Assembly (NCBI GenBank): GCA_963850905.1
Contig: CAWKMU010000003.1
Location: 288,001 to 352,000 of the forward strand
Length of the DNA: 64,000 nucleotides
Origin: an uncultured Gemmatimonadales bacterium
GTDB lineage: Bacteria; Gemmatimonadota; Gemmatimonadetes; Gemmatimonadales; Gemmatimonadaceae
Direction of reading: 5' to 3'
In this document: positions 9,413 to 20,024 of the stretch, piece by piece
Layout: each line of letters starts with the position of its first letter
How positions within the stretch are numbered: position 1 is the first letter of the stretch
Translations under genes and position numbers: made by a program
The notes under the pieces: generated by a model
Seen by the model: only the letters and a program-made list of their open reading frames with translations
What the model was told of the DNA's origin: nothing
The model's database searches: none

Positions 9413-10324
9413 ATGGGCGTGATCGTGACTCTGCTGCCCCAGCCGGGGCGCCTCCAGCGCTTGCGCGCGGCGATTCGCGAGCGACATACCCTGGTGACGT
9501 GCGAGGATTGGAGCACCCTCACAAGAGTATGTGAAACGGAGCCCGTCCACCTGGCCGTGCTCGACTTGTACGCGGACGGCCCGGCGAACTTCGAGCGCGT
9601 CCGCGTGCTCAAGCTCAGGTTCCCGCGCGTCGCCCTCGTCGCCTACGTCAGCATCACGACCGAGCGCGCCCGCGACATGTTCGACGCCGGACGGTGCGGT
9701 CTGGACGGGCTCATCGTGGCCGATCTGGACGACGCGCCGGCGACAATGCTCATGCACGTCGAGAAGGCAGAAGCGCGCAGTGTCGCGAGCGTGCTGCGGC
9801 CAGTCATCGCGAACCTGAAGCCGACCGTGCGCGATGCGGTGCTCGCGGCGGTCACGCGAGCGCACGAACGACTGACCCCGGAAGCGTTTGCCCGCCTGCT
9901 TGCCGTCCCCCGCCGACTACTCACACGCCGCCTCACCGAGGCTGGCTTCCCGGCTCCTCATCGCCTGCTCACCTGGGGCCGACTGATCGTGGCGGCGCAC
10001 ATGCTCGAGGACGTCCATCGGAGCGCCGATAGCGTGGCCCAGGTATTGGACTTCCCCTCCGGCAGCGCATTCCGGAATACCTGCCAGCGCTATCTCCATG
10101 TGACCCCCCAGCAAATGCGTGAGCGCGGCGGTGCCACCTACGTCATCGGCGTCTTTATGAAGGAGGCCGGGGCGCCCGACGTCGTCATCTCGCGGCCCCC
10201 GGCGTCAAACGCCGACGGGTCCTCCCCGACCGGCAACACGAACGGTCGCCCGGCCCGCTTGACCCCCGCCCAAGTCGCCGCCATTCGCCCGCCCGATACC
10301 GACCCCAACGGTTCGACCGGATGA
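9413..10324 (+). CDS. AraC-family regulator with N-terminal receiver-like domain
   Basis: N-terminal LAVLDLY. C-terminal AraC HTH signature SADSVAQVLDFPSGSAFRNTCQRYLHVTPQQMR. Confidence 0.8.
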   Translation: MGVIVTLLPQPGRLQRLRAAIRERHTLVTCEDWSTLTRVCETEPVHLAVLDLYADGPANFERVRVLKLRFPRVALVAYVSITTERARDMFDAGRCGLDGLIVADLDDAPATMLMHVEKAEARSVASVLRPVIANLKPTVRDAVLAAVTRAHERLTPEAFARLLAVPRRLLTRRLTEAGFPAPHRLLTWGRLIVAAHMLEDVHRSADSVAQVLDFPSGSAFRNTCQRYLHVTPQQMRERGGATYVIGVFMKEAGAPDVVISRPPASNADGSSPTGNTNGRPARLTPAQVAAIRPPDTDPNGSTG

Positions 10325-10377
10325 CGGGGTCGCGATCGGCCTGACACCGTCCGCACGACGCTGGTCGGTCGGCGGGC

Positions 10378-10400
10378 AGGGACGACGCCACGCGTCGCCC
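10378..10400. repeat. Degenerate REP copy
   Basis: gggacgacgccacgcgtcgccc. Confidence 0.55.
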
Positions 10401-10556
10401 TTGGTCGTTTGGGGCATTCTCAGCAATCCGGGCAGGAATCGCGTATGTGCCTTAGATTAGCCGCGATGATGGGTACCCGGGCCTCCCCTCTTTGAGGGCG
10501 ACGGGCCGGGCGGCCAACGCGGCGAGTCGGTCCCGCCCGAGCCTGTGGTTGTTTCT

Positions 10557-10585
10557 AGCCCCTGACCCCTAACCCCTGACCCCTG
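10557..10585. repeat. (TGACCCC)n heptamer array upstream of coaE
   Basis: agcccctgacccctaacccctgacccctg. Confidence 0.85.
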
Positions 10586-10590
10586 TCCTG

Positions 10591-11220
10591 ATGGCCCTCG
10601 TCGTCGGCTTGACAGGCAACATTGCCAGCGGCAAGTCCACCGTTGCTCACCGCCTCCGGGAACTGGGCGCGACCGTCATTGATGCCGACGAACTCGCCCG
10701 CCGGGCTGTGGATTCCGGGACACCGGCGCTCCAACGGATCGCCGAACGCTGGGGCGCCGAGGTGATCTCGGCGGACGGCGTCCTCAACCGCGCCGCCCTG
10801 CGCCGGCGGGTCTTTCACGATCAGGACGAGCTGGAAGAGTTGAATCGCATCGTCCACCCAGCCGTCACCCGGCTGCGCAACGAACAGGTAGCCCAGGCGC
10901 GTGCGCGCGGAGAGCGCGTGATCGTCTGTGATATCCCTCTCCTGTTCGAACGACGGCTGGCCGACGAGTTTGACCGGATCGTCCTCATCGACGCGCCGCG
11001 CCCGCTGCGGCTCGAGCGACTCGTGCGCGAGCGGGGGTTGCACGAGACCGAAGCCCTCGACATGATCACTGCGCAGATGCCCGCCGAACTCAAACGCGCG
11101 CGCGCGGACTTCGTGATCGACAATACCGGCTCGCTCGAAGCGCTGCATGCGCGCGTCGCGGAGGTCTGGGCAGAGTTGACGCGCGAAGCCGAAGCCCTCG
11201 CGCCTTCTCTCACTGCCTGA
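10591..11220 (+). CDS. coaE: Dephospho-CoA kinase
   Basis: VGLTGNIASGKST, IDADELAR, LNRIVHP, DIPLLFE and ADFVIDN. Confidence 0.97.
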   Translation: MALVVGLTGNIASGKSTVAHRLRELGATVIDADELARRAVDSGTPALQRIAERWGAEVISADGVLNRAALRRRVFHDQDELEELNRIVHPAVTRLRNEQVAQARARGERVIVCDIPLLFERRLADEFDRIVLIDAPRPLRLERLVRERGLHETEALDMITAQMPAELKRARADFVIDNTGSLEALHARVAEVWAELTREAEALAPSLTA

Positions 11221-11249
11221 CCGCCTCGCGGTCGGGCCCATCTTGTCGC

Positions 11250-11636
11250 ATGGCCAACATACCGAGCGATTTGCTGTACACGCAGGAGCACGAATACGTT
11301 CGCCTCCGCCCCGACGGACTGGCGGAAATCGGCATCACCGACTACGCGCAGGGGGAGCTCGGCGACATCGTCTACCTCGAGCTCCCGAAGGCCGGGTCGA
11401 AGTTCTCGGCGCACGACGTGTTCGGCACCGTCGAGGCGGTGAAAGCCGTGTCGGAGCTGTTCAGCCCCATCGCGGGCGAGGTGGTGGCGATCAATGAACG
11501 CCTCGACAAAGAGCCAGCGCTCGTCAACACGGACCCCTACGGCGACGGGTGGATGCTCCGTCTCCGGCCAGCCAATCCGGCCGCGCGCGATGGACTCCTC
11601 TCAGCCGCGGAGTACGCAACGCACGTCGGCGGCTAG
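11250..11636 (+). CDS. gcvH: Glycine cleavage system H protein
   Basis: YTQEHEYV, GITDYAQGELGD, lipoyl-Lys motif VEAVKA and NTDPYGDGW. Confidence 0.97.
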   Translation: MANIPSDLLYTQEHEYVRLRPDGLAEIGITDYAQGELGDIVYLELPKAGSKFSAHDVFGTVEAVKAVSELFSPIAGEVVAINERLDKEPALVNTDPYGDGWMLRLRPANPAARDGLLSAAEYATHVGG

Positions 11637-11652
11637 CTGCGCCAGCGATAGC

Positions 11653-12462
11653 GTGCTCGCCAGCTACGACGGCTGGCGAGCCCTGACGACCTCACCAGCG
11701 TCGGGCGCCGACAACATGGCGCTCGACCACGCGCTCGTGCGGCGTGCAGCTGACACGGGTGAAGCGGTCCTGCGAGTGTATGGTTGGTCCGCCCCCACGC
11801 TGTCACTCGGCCGACATCAGCCAACGCGCGACGTCTACGACACGCGCCTGATCCAATCGCTCGGAGTCGACGTCGTCCGACGCCCGACTGGCGGGCGGGC
11901 AGTCTTGCATCACCGCGAAGTCACATATAGCGTCGCCGCTCCCATACTCGACGGCGGGATCGCTGCCGCGCGCCACCGGGTCCGCGACGTATATGCCGCC
12001 GTCAACCAACTGCTCGCAGACGCGCTGCACAGCCTGGGTGTGCAGGTCTCGCTCGCTGCCACTGGCATCCGCGCGCTCACACCTGGTGTCGGCTCGCCCT
12101 GCTTCAACGACGCGGCAATGGGCGAGCTCGTGGCCGACGAGCGGAAGCTGGTTGGCAGCGCACAGTGGCGCGAAGGCAAGGCCCTCCTCCAGCACGGCTC
12201 GATCCTCATCGACAATGACCAGTTCCTGCTGGCGCAACTCGCGCCGAGCTCCGCCCCCGCGCGCGTCGCGACGCTCCGCGCGTTGCTCGGCCGGCCACCT
12301 TCGCTCGACGAGGTCAGCACCGCACTTCGACGGGCCCTCGACAACGCGCTGGAGCGTGCCTCCCAGCCACCCTCCACCCCGCTCGATCCCGACTCCGTGA
12401 GTCGAGCGTTCTCGGCGCTCCGCGCTCACTACGCCGACCCCGGATGGACGTGGCGCCTGTGA
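11653..12462 (+). CDS. Lipoate-protein ligase / LipM-like octanoyltransferase (BPL_LplA_LipB family)
   Basis: NMALD, LRVYGW..PTLSLG, RRPTGGRAVLH, CF, KLVGSAQ and LQHGSI. GTG start chosen just after gcvH. Confidence 0.9.
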   Translation: MLASYDGWRALTTSPASGADNMALDHALVRRAADTGEAVLRVYGWSAPTLSLGRHQPTRDVYDTRLIQSLGVDVVRRPTGGRAVLHHREVTYSVAAPILDGGIAAARHRVRDVYAAVNQLLADALHSLGVQVSLAATGIRALTPGVGSPCFNDAAMGELVADERKLVGSAQWREGKALLQHGSILIDNDQFLLAQLAPSSAPARVATLRALLGRPPSLDEVSTALRRALDNALERASQPPSTPLDPDSVSRAFSALRAHYADPGWTWRL

Positions 12463-12609
12463 CTTTTCGTCCTCCACGCCTTGCCTCGTTGATGGCCTTC
12501 GCCCCATCCTAGGGCCCATAACGGCGTGGGACGCGTGGATGCTGGGCGTGACGGGATCAGCTCGCGCGCCGTCGTTTGTCGCCCACCACGCTCTCCATAC
12601 CCGCCCGCC

Positions 12610-14319
12610 ATGCGCCGACGCTCTGTGAGCCACCAACCGCTCGTGACCGTTGCCTCCGTGCTCGCGAGCGCAATCGTGCTTGGCTGCGGGCGCGGCGATT
12701 CCCGCTTCGCCGCGGGATCCACCACCGGCGCCGCGGATGTCGGCGGCACACTCGTCGTGGTCGTCCCCGCGGACGTTGCGACGCTCTTCCCACCCTACGC
12801 GATTTCGACCCAGGAGGCGATGGCCGTTGCGACGTTGTTCGATCGCCTGGCCGAGCCGGGTGATTCGCTGAACACGATCGGCGATCGCGGCTTCACGCCC
12901 CGGCTGGCTGACCGGTGGGAGTGGACGCACGATTCGCTCGCCGTCGTCTTTCATCTAGACCCGCGAGCCCGGTGGCACGACGGAGTCCCGGTCCGCTCCA
13001 ACGACGTCGTGTTTACCTACCGCTTGTACACAAATCCCGCGGCTGGAATCGACAACGGCTCTCAACTGACGGCGATCGATTCGGTCACCGCGCCTGACTC
13101 GGTCACGGCAGTCTTCTGGTTCAAGCATCGGTATCCAGAGCAGTTTTTCGACGCGACATATCGAATGTTCGTCTGCCCGGAGCACCTGCTGCGCAATATT
13201 CCACCCGCCGACCTGCGGACGTCGGACTTTGCGCATCATCCCGTGGGTGATAGCCGGTTCCGGTTCAACGGATCCCCTGCACCCTCGACGATCGAGTTCG
13301 TTGCAGACACCGGGAACTATCGCGGTCGAGCGAAACTGGATCGCTTGATCATCTCCGCAACCCCGAGTTCGGGCGCTGCGCTGACTCGACTTCTGGCTGG
13401 GGACGCCGACTTCCTGCAGTACGTTCCACCGGCGAACGTGACTGACCTTGCGCAGCACCCCGAGCTCACCCCGCTGATTCACAAGGACCCGTCGTACGGG
13501 TTCCTGTGGTTCAATCTGCACGCGGGCACGGCGTCGCGGCCGCATCCCATCTTCGGCGATCGCGCGGTGCGGCAAGCGTTCGCGATGGCGTTGGATCGTG
13601 AACGGATCGTGCGCAACGTGTATGACACGCTGGCCACCGTCGTCAATGGACCATTTGCCCTGGGCACGGCCAGCGCGGACCCGACGGCAACGGCGCTCCC
13701 CTATGACACGGCCCGTGCGAATCGATTGCTCGATTCCGCCGGCTGGCGCCGCGGGGCTGATGGCATTCGTGTCAAGGCCGGCCGGCCATTGTCGTTTTCC
13801 TTGGTCGTGCCGACATCGAGCAAGCCTCGGCAGCAGATCGCCCTGCTGATCCAGGATCAGCTGATGCGAGTCGGCGCCAAGGTGAGCGTGGATCCGATTG
13901 AAATCCGCGCAATGATTAGCCGCTTGCGCACCCACGATTTCGACGCGACCCTGAACGTGTTTCGCACCGACGGCGCCATGAACGACATCAAGCAGTCATG
14001 GACGACAGCCGGAGAGCACGATGGTCTCAACTGGACGTCGTACGAGAACCCGACGTTCGACGCCCTGGTCGACAGCGCACTCCTCGGCACCAACCCGGTC
14101 CAGGTGCACGACCTGCTGCATCGCGCCTACACCATCATCAACGCGGATGTCCCCGCCGTCTGGCTCTTTCAGCCGCGAGAGGTGAGCGCCGTGCACCGTC
14201 GCGTGCACACCGCGCCCATGCGCCTCGATGAGTGGTACGCGAACCTCGCCGATTGGTATATACCCGCGGCATCGCGACTACCGCGGGACAACATCGGGCT
14301 GGCCGCCGCGCCACGGTGA
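12610..14319 (+). CDS. Peptide ABC transporter substrate-binding lipoprotein (OppA/DppA, SBP family 5)
   Basis: Lipobox IVLG-C, ARWHDGVPVRSNDVVFT, VRQAFAMALDR and LLDSAGW. Confidence 0.92.
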   Translation: MRRRSVSHQPLVTVASVLASAIVLGCGRGDSRFAAGSTTGAADVGGTLVVVVPADVATLFPPYAISTQEAMAVATLFDRLAEPGDSLNTIGDRGFTPRLADRWEWTHDSLAVVFHLDPRARWHDGVPVRSNDVVFTYRLYTNPAAGIDNGSQLTAIDSVTAPDSVTAVFWFKHRYPEQFFDATYRMFVCPEHLLRNIPPADLRTSDFAHHPVGDSRFRFNGSPAPSTIEFVADTGNYRGRAKLDRLIISATPSSGAALTRLLAGDADFLQYVPPANVTDLAQHPELTPLIHKDPSYGFLWFNLHAGTASRPHPIFGDRAVRQAFAMALDRERIVRNVYDTLATVVNGPFALGTASADPTATALPYDTARANRLLDSAGWRRGADGIRVKAGRPLSFSLVVPTSSKPRQQIALLIQDQLMRVGAKVSVDPIEIRAMISRLRTHDFDATLNVFRTDGAMNDIKQSWTTAGEHDGLNWTSYENPTFDALVDSALLGTNPVQVHDLLHRAYTIINADVPAVWLFQPREVSAVHRRVHTAPMRLDEWYANLADWYIPAASRLPRDNIGLAAAPR

Positions 14320-14351
14320 TGCCGGCCTCCGGCTGACAGCAGCGCCGACGC

Positions 14352-15347
14352 ATGCGCGCCTGGCTCGTCCGCCGCTTGCTCCAAGCCGCCATCGTCGTCG
14401 TCGCCGTGGCGACCCTGACGTTCTTCCTCATTCACCTGGCGCCGGGCGATCCCCTGGGGGATCCGGGCAGTGGGCGAATGTCGGAGGCCACGCGAGAGTT
14501 CTGGCGTCACGCCTACGGCCTCGACCAGCCGCTCGGGGTCCAATACGTGAAGTTCATCGCCGGCGTCGCGCGAGGCCGCCTCGGATACTCGATCAGCTAC
14601 AACGAGCCGGTGAGCAGCGTGCTCGCACGCGCGCTCCCCAATACCCTGCTGCTCGCGGGGTCTGGGCTCGCGCTGAGTTTCGGCCTTGGCGTGCTGATCG
14701 CGCTCATTCAGGTCGCACGCCGCGGGTCGCTCGCTGATCGGTTGCTCGGCGGCATCTCCCTTGCCCTCTACTGCACGCCGGATTTCTGGTTGGCGCAGGT
14801 GGCCCTCCTCGTCTTCGCGTACTGGTTGCCCCTCTTTCCGGCCAGCGGAGTCGTCGACCCCGTCATGCACCGGTACCTCGCCGCGTGGCCCGCACTCGCG
14901 GACCGCGTGTATCACCTCGTGTTGCCGGCACTGACACTCACCGCGCTCACGACAGCGTTCGTCGCGCGCTTTCAACGAGCCGCTCTGCTCAATGTGGCAG
15001 CCGACGACTATCTCCGTACGGCGCGCGCGAAGGGGGTACCGGAGTGGGCGGTGATCGTTCGGCATGCGCTGCGAAACGCGGCCATCCCGATCATTTCGTT
15101 GCTTGGCCTCTCGCTGCCAGTCTTTGCGACCGGCACGGTGTTCATCGAGAAGGTCTTCTCCTGGCCGGGCGTCGGCGCGCTCGCAGTGGACGCCGTCGCG
15201 GCTCGCGACTACCCACTCGTCATCGGCTGCGCGTTGATCGCGAGCATCGCCGTCGTGGTCGGTAGTCTTGTGGCGGACGTTCTCTACACCGTCGCGGATC
15301 CACGGCTTCGCCATGTGTCCGTGACGACCGTCTCCGCCACCGCATGA
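14352..15347 (+). CDS. Peptide ABC transporter permease (OppB/DppB)
   Basis: HLAPGDP, YGLDQPL and EAA-type loop DYLRTARAKG...HALRNA. Confidence 0.95.
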   Translation: MRAWLVRRLLQAAIVVVAVATLTFFLIHLAPGDPLGDPGSGRMSEATREFWRHAYGLDQPLGVQYVKFIAGVARGRLGYSISYNEPVSSVLARALPNTLLLAGSGLALSFGLGVLIALIQVARRGSLADRLLGGISLALYCTPDFWLAQVALLVFAYWLPLFPASGVVDPVMHRYLAAWPALADRVYHLVLPALTLTALTTAFVARFQRAALLNVAADDYLRTARAKGVPEWAVIVRHALRNAAIPIISLLGLSLPVFATGTVFIEKVFSWPGVGALAVDAVAARDYPLVIGCALIASIAVVVGSLVADVLYTVADPRLRHVSVTTVSATA

Positions 15348-16273
15348 TCGCCGCCTCCTCGACGACGCGCCCCACGCCGCGGGCCGGGCTCGACTCCCTG
15401 CTGCCGGTCGCATCGGTGCCCGTGGCCGCACCATGGAGCGCTGTCTGGCGGCGCTTTCGCCGTGATCAGGGAGCGGTCGTCGGGCTCGCGGTCATCCTCG
15501 GCGTGATCGTTGTCGCCCTGCTCGCGCCCGCGCTCGCGCCGTTCCCGCCAAACACTCCGCTCGATCTGATCGCGCTCAAGAGCCAGGGCCCGTCGTGGGC
15601 ACATCCCTTCGGCACCGATCCGCTGAGTCGCAATGTGCTGAGTCGCGTCCTGTACGCGAGTCGCGTCTCGCTGTCGGTCGCGGTGCTCTCGACGCTCATG
15701 GCCACCACCGTCGGCACGCTGTACGGGGCGATCTCCGGCTACGCGGGAGGCGGCGTCGACGAACTGATGATGCGCATTACCGACGCGTGTCTCTCAATGC
15801 CGCGCGTGCTGCTGTTGCTGGTCATTGTCACGCTCTGGAATCGGCTGTCGCTCGGCGCGCTCATCCTGACGCTCGGGCTGACCGGATGGTTCGGCATGAG
15901 TCGCATCGTTCGCGCGGAGGTGCTCGCACTGCGTGACCGGGAATGGGTGGTGGCCGCGCGCGCACTCGGGGCGAGCGCTCCAAGAATCCTCTTTCGGCAC
16001 GCCCTCCCCAACGCGACATCGCCGATCATCGTGGGGGCCGCCCTCGGCGTGGGCCAGGTCATTCTGCTCGAGGCCGGCCTGTCGTTCCTCGGTCTTGGCG
16101 TGCAGCCGCCGTATCCCAGCTGGGGCAACATCATGTTGGACGGCGCCGATCAGATCCAAAGCCTGTGGTGGCTGTCCATCTTCCCCGGCGTTGCCATTGT
16201 CAGCACGGTGATGGCCATCAACGCCGTGGCCGACGGATTGCGCGACGCCGCGAGCTCGGCCAGCACACCGTGA
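15344..16273 (+). CDS. Peptide ABC transporter permease (OppC/DppC)
   Basis: HPFGTD, EWVVAARALGAS and EAGLSFLGLG...SWG. Confidence 0.95.
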   Translation: MIAASSTTRPTPRAGLDSLLPVASVPVAAPWSAVWRRFRRDQGAVVGLAVILGVIVVALLAPALAPFPPNTPLDLIALKSQGPSWAHPFGTDPLSRNVLSRVLYASRVSLSVAVLSTLMATTVGTLYGAISGYAGGGVDELMMRITDACLSMPRVLLLLVIVTLWNRLSLGALILTLGLTGWFGMSRIVRAEVLALRDREWVVAARALGASAPRILFRHALPNATSPIIVGAALGVGQVILLEAGLSFLGLGVQPPYPSWGNIMLDGADQIQSLWWLSIFPGVAIVSTVMAINAVADGLRDAASSASTP

Positions 16274-17274
16274 GCAGTCCCCTGCTCTCGATCCGCGACC
16301 TGCGCGTCACCTTCCATACGGACGGACCGCCCGCCCGAGCAGTCGACGGCGTGTCACTCGAGGCGGCGCAGGGCGAAACCGTTGGCGTGGTCGGTGAATC
16401 GGGCTGTGGCAAATCCGCCACCGCGCTGTCCATTCTGCGCCTGATTCGTCCGCCCGGCGAGATTGACCCTCGGAGCGTCGTGGAGTTCGAGGGGACGGAC
16501 CTGATGCGCCTCGAACCAGGCGACCTGCGCGCGATTCGCGGGAACCGGATCGGGATGGTGTTTCAGGAACCAGCGAGTGCCCTCAATCCGGTGTACACTG
16601 TCGGTTGGCAGATCGCCGAAGCCGTGCGGGTCCACACGCGGGCGCGTCGAGGCGAGGCATGGACACGCGCCGTGGAGTCGCTGCGAGAGGTGGGCGTCCC
16701 AGCGCCGGAAGAACGGGCTCACCACTACCCCCACCAGCTGTCGGGCGGCACCCGTCAACGAGTCATGATCGCCATGGCGCTCGTGCAGCATCCGGCGCTG
16801 CTGATTGCGGATGAGCCGACGTCTGCCCTCGACGTGACGATCCAGGCACAGATTCTTGCGCTCCTCGTCGAGTTGAGGCGGCGACTCGGCATGGCCATGC
16901 TGTTGATCAGTCACGACCTTGGCGTCGTCGCCGCGATCGCGACCCGCGTGATCGTGATGTATGCGGGCCTCGTCGTGGAAGAAGCACCAGTCGCAGAGCT
17001 GTTCGCGGCGCCCCACCACCCATACACAATCGGCTTGCTCCGCGCCGTGCCGCGGCTCGACGTCACGGACACTCCGACCGCGCGGCTCGCCACGATCCCC
17101 GGCACCGTGCCACCAGCGACCGCGTGGCCCGCGGGGTGCCGATTCCGCGATCGATGTGCGCTGGCATGGGAACGGTGCGCGACTGAGGCGCCACCGCTGT
17201 ATCAGATTGGCGCCGGTCATGTCTCGCGTTGTCACCTCGCGGACACGCCCGGCAGGGTCAAGGGTCAGGGATGA
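16270..17274 (+). CDS. Peptide ABC transporter ATP-binding subunit (OppD/DppD)
   Basis: [22 protein letters not shown] and C-terminal Cys cluster. GTG start overlaps the oppC stop. Confidence 0.95.
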   Translation: MSSPLLSIRDLRVTFHTDGPPARAVDGVSLEAAQGETVGVVGESGCGKSATALSILRLIRPPGEIDPRSVVEFEGTDLMRLEPGDLRAIRGNRIGMVFQEPASALNPVYTVGWQIAEAVRVHTRARRGEAWTRAVESLREVGVPAPEERAHHYPHQLSGGTRQRVMIAMALVQHPALLIADEPTSALDVTIQAQILALLVELRRRLGMAMLLISHDLGVVAAIATRVIVMYAGLVVEEAPVAELFAAPHHPYTIGLLRAVPRLDVTDTPTARLATIPGTVPPATAWPAGCRFRDRCALAWERCATEAPPLYQIGAGHVSRCHLADTPGRVKGQG

Positions 17275-18245
17275 CGCCGCTCGTGTCCGTGCGAGAGCTG
17301 TGCAAGGTGTACCCATTCGCGGCAAATGGTCGGCGCGGACCCCGAGTGATCCGCGCCGTCGATGGCGTATCGTTCGACATCGCGCGCGGTGAAACGCTGG
17401 CCCTCGTTGGCGAGTCGGGATGCGGCAAGACGACCACCGGGCGCGCCGTGCTGCGCCTCATCGAACCGACGTCAGGCACCGTATCGTTCGATGGGACTGA
17501 CGTCCTCGCACTCGGCGCCGCATCCCTTCGGCGCATGCGCCGGCGGATGCAGCTGGTGTTTCAGGATCCGTATGCGTCGCTCAACCCGCGCCTCACCGTC
17601 GGGGCGAGCATTCGTGAGGGGCTGACGATTCACCGATTGGCCGAGGGCGCGGCAGCCGACGCGCGGGTCGGCCAGCTGCTCGCCGAAGTAGGGCTGCGGC
17701 CCGACGATGCGCGTCGCTACCCCCACCAATTCTCAGGCGGACAGCGACAGCGGATCGGGATCGCGCGCGCGTTCGCTGTGGAGCCCGAGTTCGTGGTGTG
17801 CGACGAGCCGGTGTCGGCGCTCGATGTGTCGGTGCAGGCACAGGTGCTCAACCTGCTGCAGGACCTCCAGCGCGACCGTGGCCTCACCTATCTGCTCATC
17901 GCCCACGACCTCGCGGTCGTCGCGCACATGGCGACCCGCGTGGCGGTCATGTACCTCGGTCGGATCGTCGAGCTGGGTCCGGCCGGCGATGTCTACCGCC
18001 GGCCGCGCATGCCGTACACGCGTGCGCTCCTGGCCGCCGCGCCCGTCCCCGATCCCGCGGCTCGGCGCATGCCCGTCGTCCTGGCCGGCGAGCCAATGTC
18101 CCCCGTGGATCTTCCGACCGGTTGTCCGTTGTACCCTCGCTGCCCGCACCCGGCCAAGGATACTGCGTGCACCCAGATGCGCCCCGTCCTCGAGGAGAAA
18201 ATGCCCGGCCACTGGGCCGCCTGCATCAAAGAACCACCGGATTGA
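17271..18245 (+). CDS. Peptide ABC transporter ATP-binding subunit (OppF/DppF)
   Basis: [26 protein letters not shown] and C-terminal Cys cluster. Confidence 0.95.
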   Translation: MTPLVSVRELCKVYPFAANGRRGPRVIRAVDGVSFDIARGETLALVGESGCGKTTTGRAVLRLIEPTSGTVSFDGTDVLALGAASLRRMRRRMQLVFQDPYASLNPRLTVGASIREGLTIHRLAEGAAADARVGQLLAEVGLRPDDARRYPHQFSGGQRQRIGIARAFAVEPEFVVCDEPVSALDVSVQAQVLNLLQDLQRDRGLTYLLIAHDLAVVAHMATRVAVMYLGRIVELGPAGDVYRRPRMPYTRALLAAAPVPDPAARRMPVVLAGEPMSPVDLPTGCPLYPRCPHPAKDTACTQMRPVLEEKMPGHWAACIKEPPD

Positions 18246-18305
18246 CAAACGCTCGTCCCGCCCGCCGCTTTCGACGTCTCGTTTTCTCCACCCTTCAGCA
18301 GACCA

Positions 18306-19760
18306 ATGGCGCTATCGACCTCCACCGATGCCGACGTCGTGGCAACCGCGGCCGATCGACCGCCCGCGCTCGACGACACGGCGCTGCTGGGACATCCGCG
18401 CGGCCTGGGCCTGCTCTTTCTCGTCGAGATGTGGGAGCGGTTTTCGTACTATGGCATGCGAGCCCTGCTCGTCCTGTACCTCGTGCACGTGCTCAAATGG
18501 CACGACGCGGATGCCGATAATCTCTACGGCTGGTACACGATGCTCGCGTTCCTCACACCGCTGGGCGGCGGATACCTGGCGGACCGACTCATCGGGACAC
18601 GACGCTCGCTGGTCATCGGCGCGCTGGTCATCGCAGCGGGACAGTTCACGCTCGCGTTCCAGACCATGCCGACGTTCTGGCTCGGGCTGGCGCTCGTGGT
18701 CATCGGCACCGGCTTTTTCAAGCCGAACGTCTCGACAATGGTGGGGCAGATCTACCGGCCCGGTGATGGCCGACGCAATGCAGGGTTCACGATCTTCTAT
18801 ATGGGGATCAATATCGGCGCATTTCTCGCGCCCCTCGTCACGGGATGGTTCGCGCAGAGCGAGACAATGCGTGACGTGTTGACGCGCGCCGGCATCGATC
18901 CGACGCGCAGCTGGAGCTTCGGATTCGCCTCCGCGGGCGTCGGGATGCTGTGTGGCCTCGCCCTCTACCTCTGGTTCCGCGACAGATATCTGCCCGGCAT
19001 CGGCTTGCATCAGGGCACGGCACAATCGGCGAGCGGCGCGACCACCCTCCCGGCCGGGACAAAGTCGAGCGCGGGACCTGCGGGGCTGACGCCGGAGGAG
19101 AAGCGCCGCGTGCTCGCGCTCCTCATCATGTTTGTCTTCGTCGTGTTCTTCTGGGCCGTGTACGAGCAGGCAGGAAGCTCATTGAATCTGTTCGCGGAGC
19201 GCTACGTCGACCTTCGCGTCGGAAGCTCCAACATGCCCTCGAGTTGGTTCCAGTCCGCGCAGCCCCTGTTCGTCATCGTCCTCGCGCCGGTCTTCGCGTA
19301 CCTCTGGCGGCGGCTCCGCGACGTGAACCGTGAGCCGTCGACCCGTTTGAAGATGGCGATCGGCCTCGGTCTCATTGGATTTGGCTGCATCTTCCTCCTC
19401 ATCGCCGGGCGCGCCGTCGACGCCTGCCTCGGCCAACACGCCACGTCGTGCGCCGTCTTGAGCCCCGCATGGCTCACGCTCTTCTACCTATTCAGCGTGT
19501 TGGGCGAGCTCTGCGTGTCGCCGGTCGGCCTCTCGTATGTCACCAAGGTGGCCCCGGCCCGCTACATGGCGTTTCTGATGGGAGCCTGGTTCCTGACCAA
19601 CGCCAGCGCGAACAAGATCGCCGGCTGGTTGGCCGCGCTTGGCTCACACCTGCCACAAACGGTGTTCTTCTCGATTCTCCTCGTGATGTCGTTCACCGCC
19701 GCAGTGCTCCTGGTGCTGTGCATCCCCGCGCTGAAACGATTGACCGCCGGCGCCGACTGA
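18306..19760 (+). CDS. POT/PTR family proton-coupled di/tripeptide transporter
   Basis: EMWERFSYYG (ExxERFxYY), GTGFFKPN, FYMGINIGA and GELCVSPVGLS. Confidence 0.95.
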   Translation: MALSTSTDADVVATAADRPPALDDTALLGHPRGLGLLFLVEMWERFSYYGMRALLVLYLVHVLKWHDADADNLYGWYTMLAFLTPLGGGYLADRLIGTRRSLVIGALVIAAGQFTLAFQTMPTFWLGLALVVIGTGFFKPNVSTMVGQIYRPGDGRRNAGFTIFYMGINIGAFLAPLVTGWFAQSETMRDVLTRAGIDPTRSWSFGFASAGVGMLCGLALYLWFRDRYLPGIGLHQGTAQSASGATTLPAGTKSSAGPAGLTPEEKRRVLALLIMFVFVVFFWAVYEQAGSSLNLFAERYVDLRVGSSNMPSSWFQSAQPLFVIVLAPVFAYLWRRLRDVNREPSTRLKMAIGLGLIGFGCIFLLIAGRAVDACLGQHATSCAVLSPAWLTLFYLFSVLGELCVSPVGLSYVTKVAPARYMAFLMGAWFLTNASANKIAGWLAALGSHLPQTVFFSILLVMSFTAAVLLVLCIPALKRLTAGAD

Positions 19761-20024
19761 GCGCAGCAAGAACCCGTCACCCGGCTGCGGCCAGCTCATC
19801 GTCGCGCCCAATCTCCTCCCGTGCAGAACGCCTGACTCTCTGGCGTTTTGCACGGTCCCCCGGTGTCGAGGCCTCGCGACAGCCGTCCCCTACGTCGTTA
19901 GCCGAGAACGATTTATAGTCCAGCTCGGTTGAGCACCGTCCTTGCCAAATGGGTCTGGGTTACCGAGTCGCCGGCGAGTTCCGGCGGCTGTATGGAATCA
20001 CGACACCAGCGGTGGGGATTTCAC

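Noticed and set aside
10325..11249. Glycine riboswitch for gcvH
   Set aside because: No GGAGA...CCGAAG...CTCTCAGG aptamer pattern found.
18242..18275. TTGACA upstream of the POT transporter
   Set aside because: It coincides with the oppF stop codon and has no plausible -10 element at 16-18 bp.
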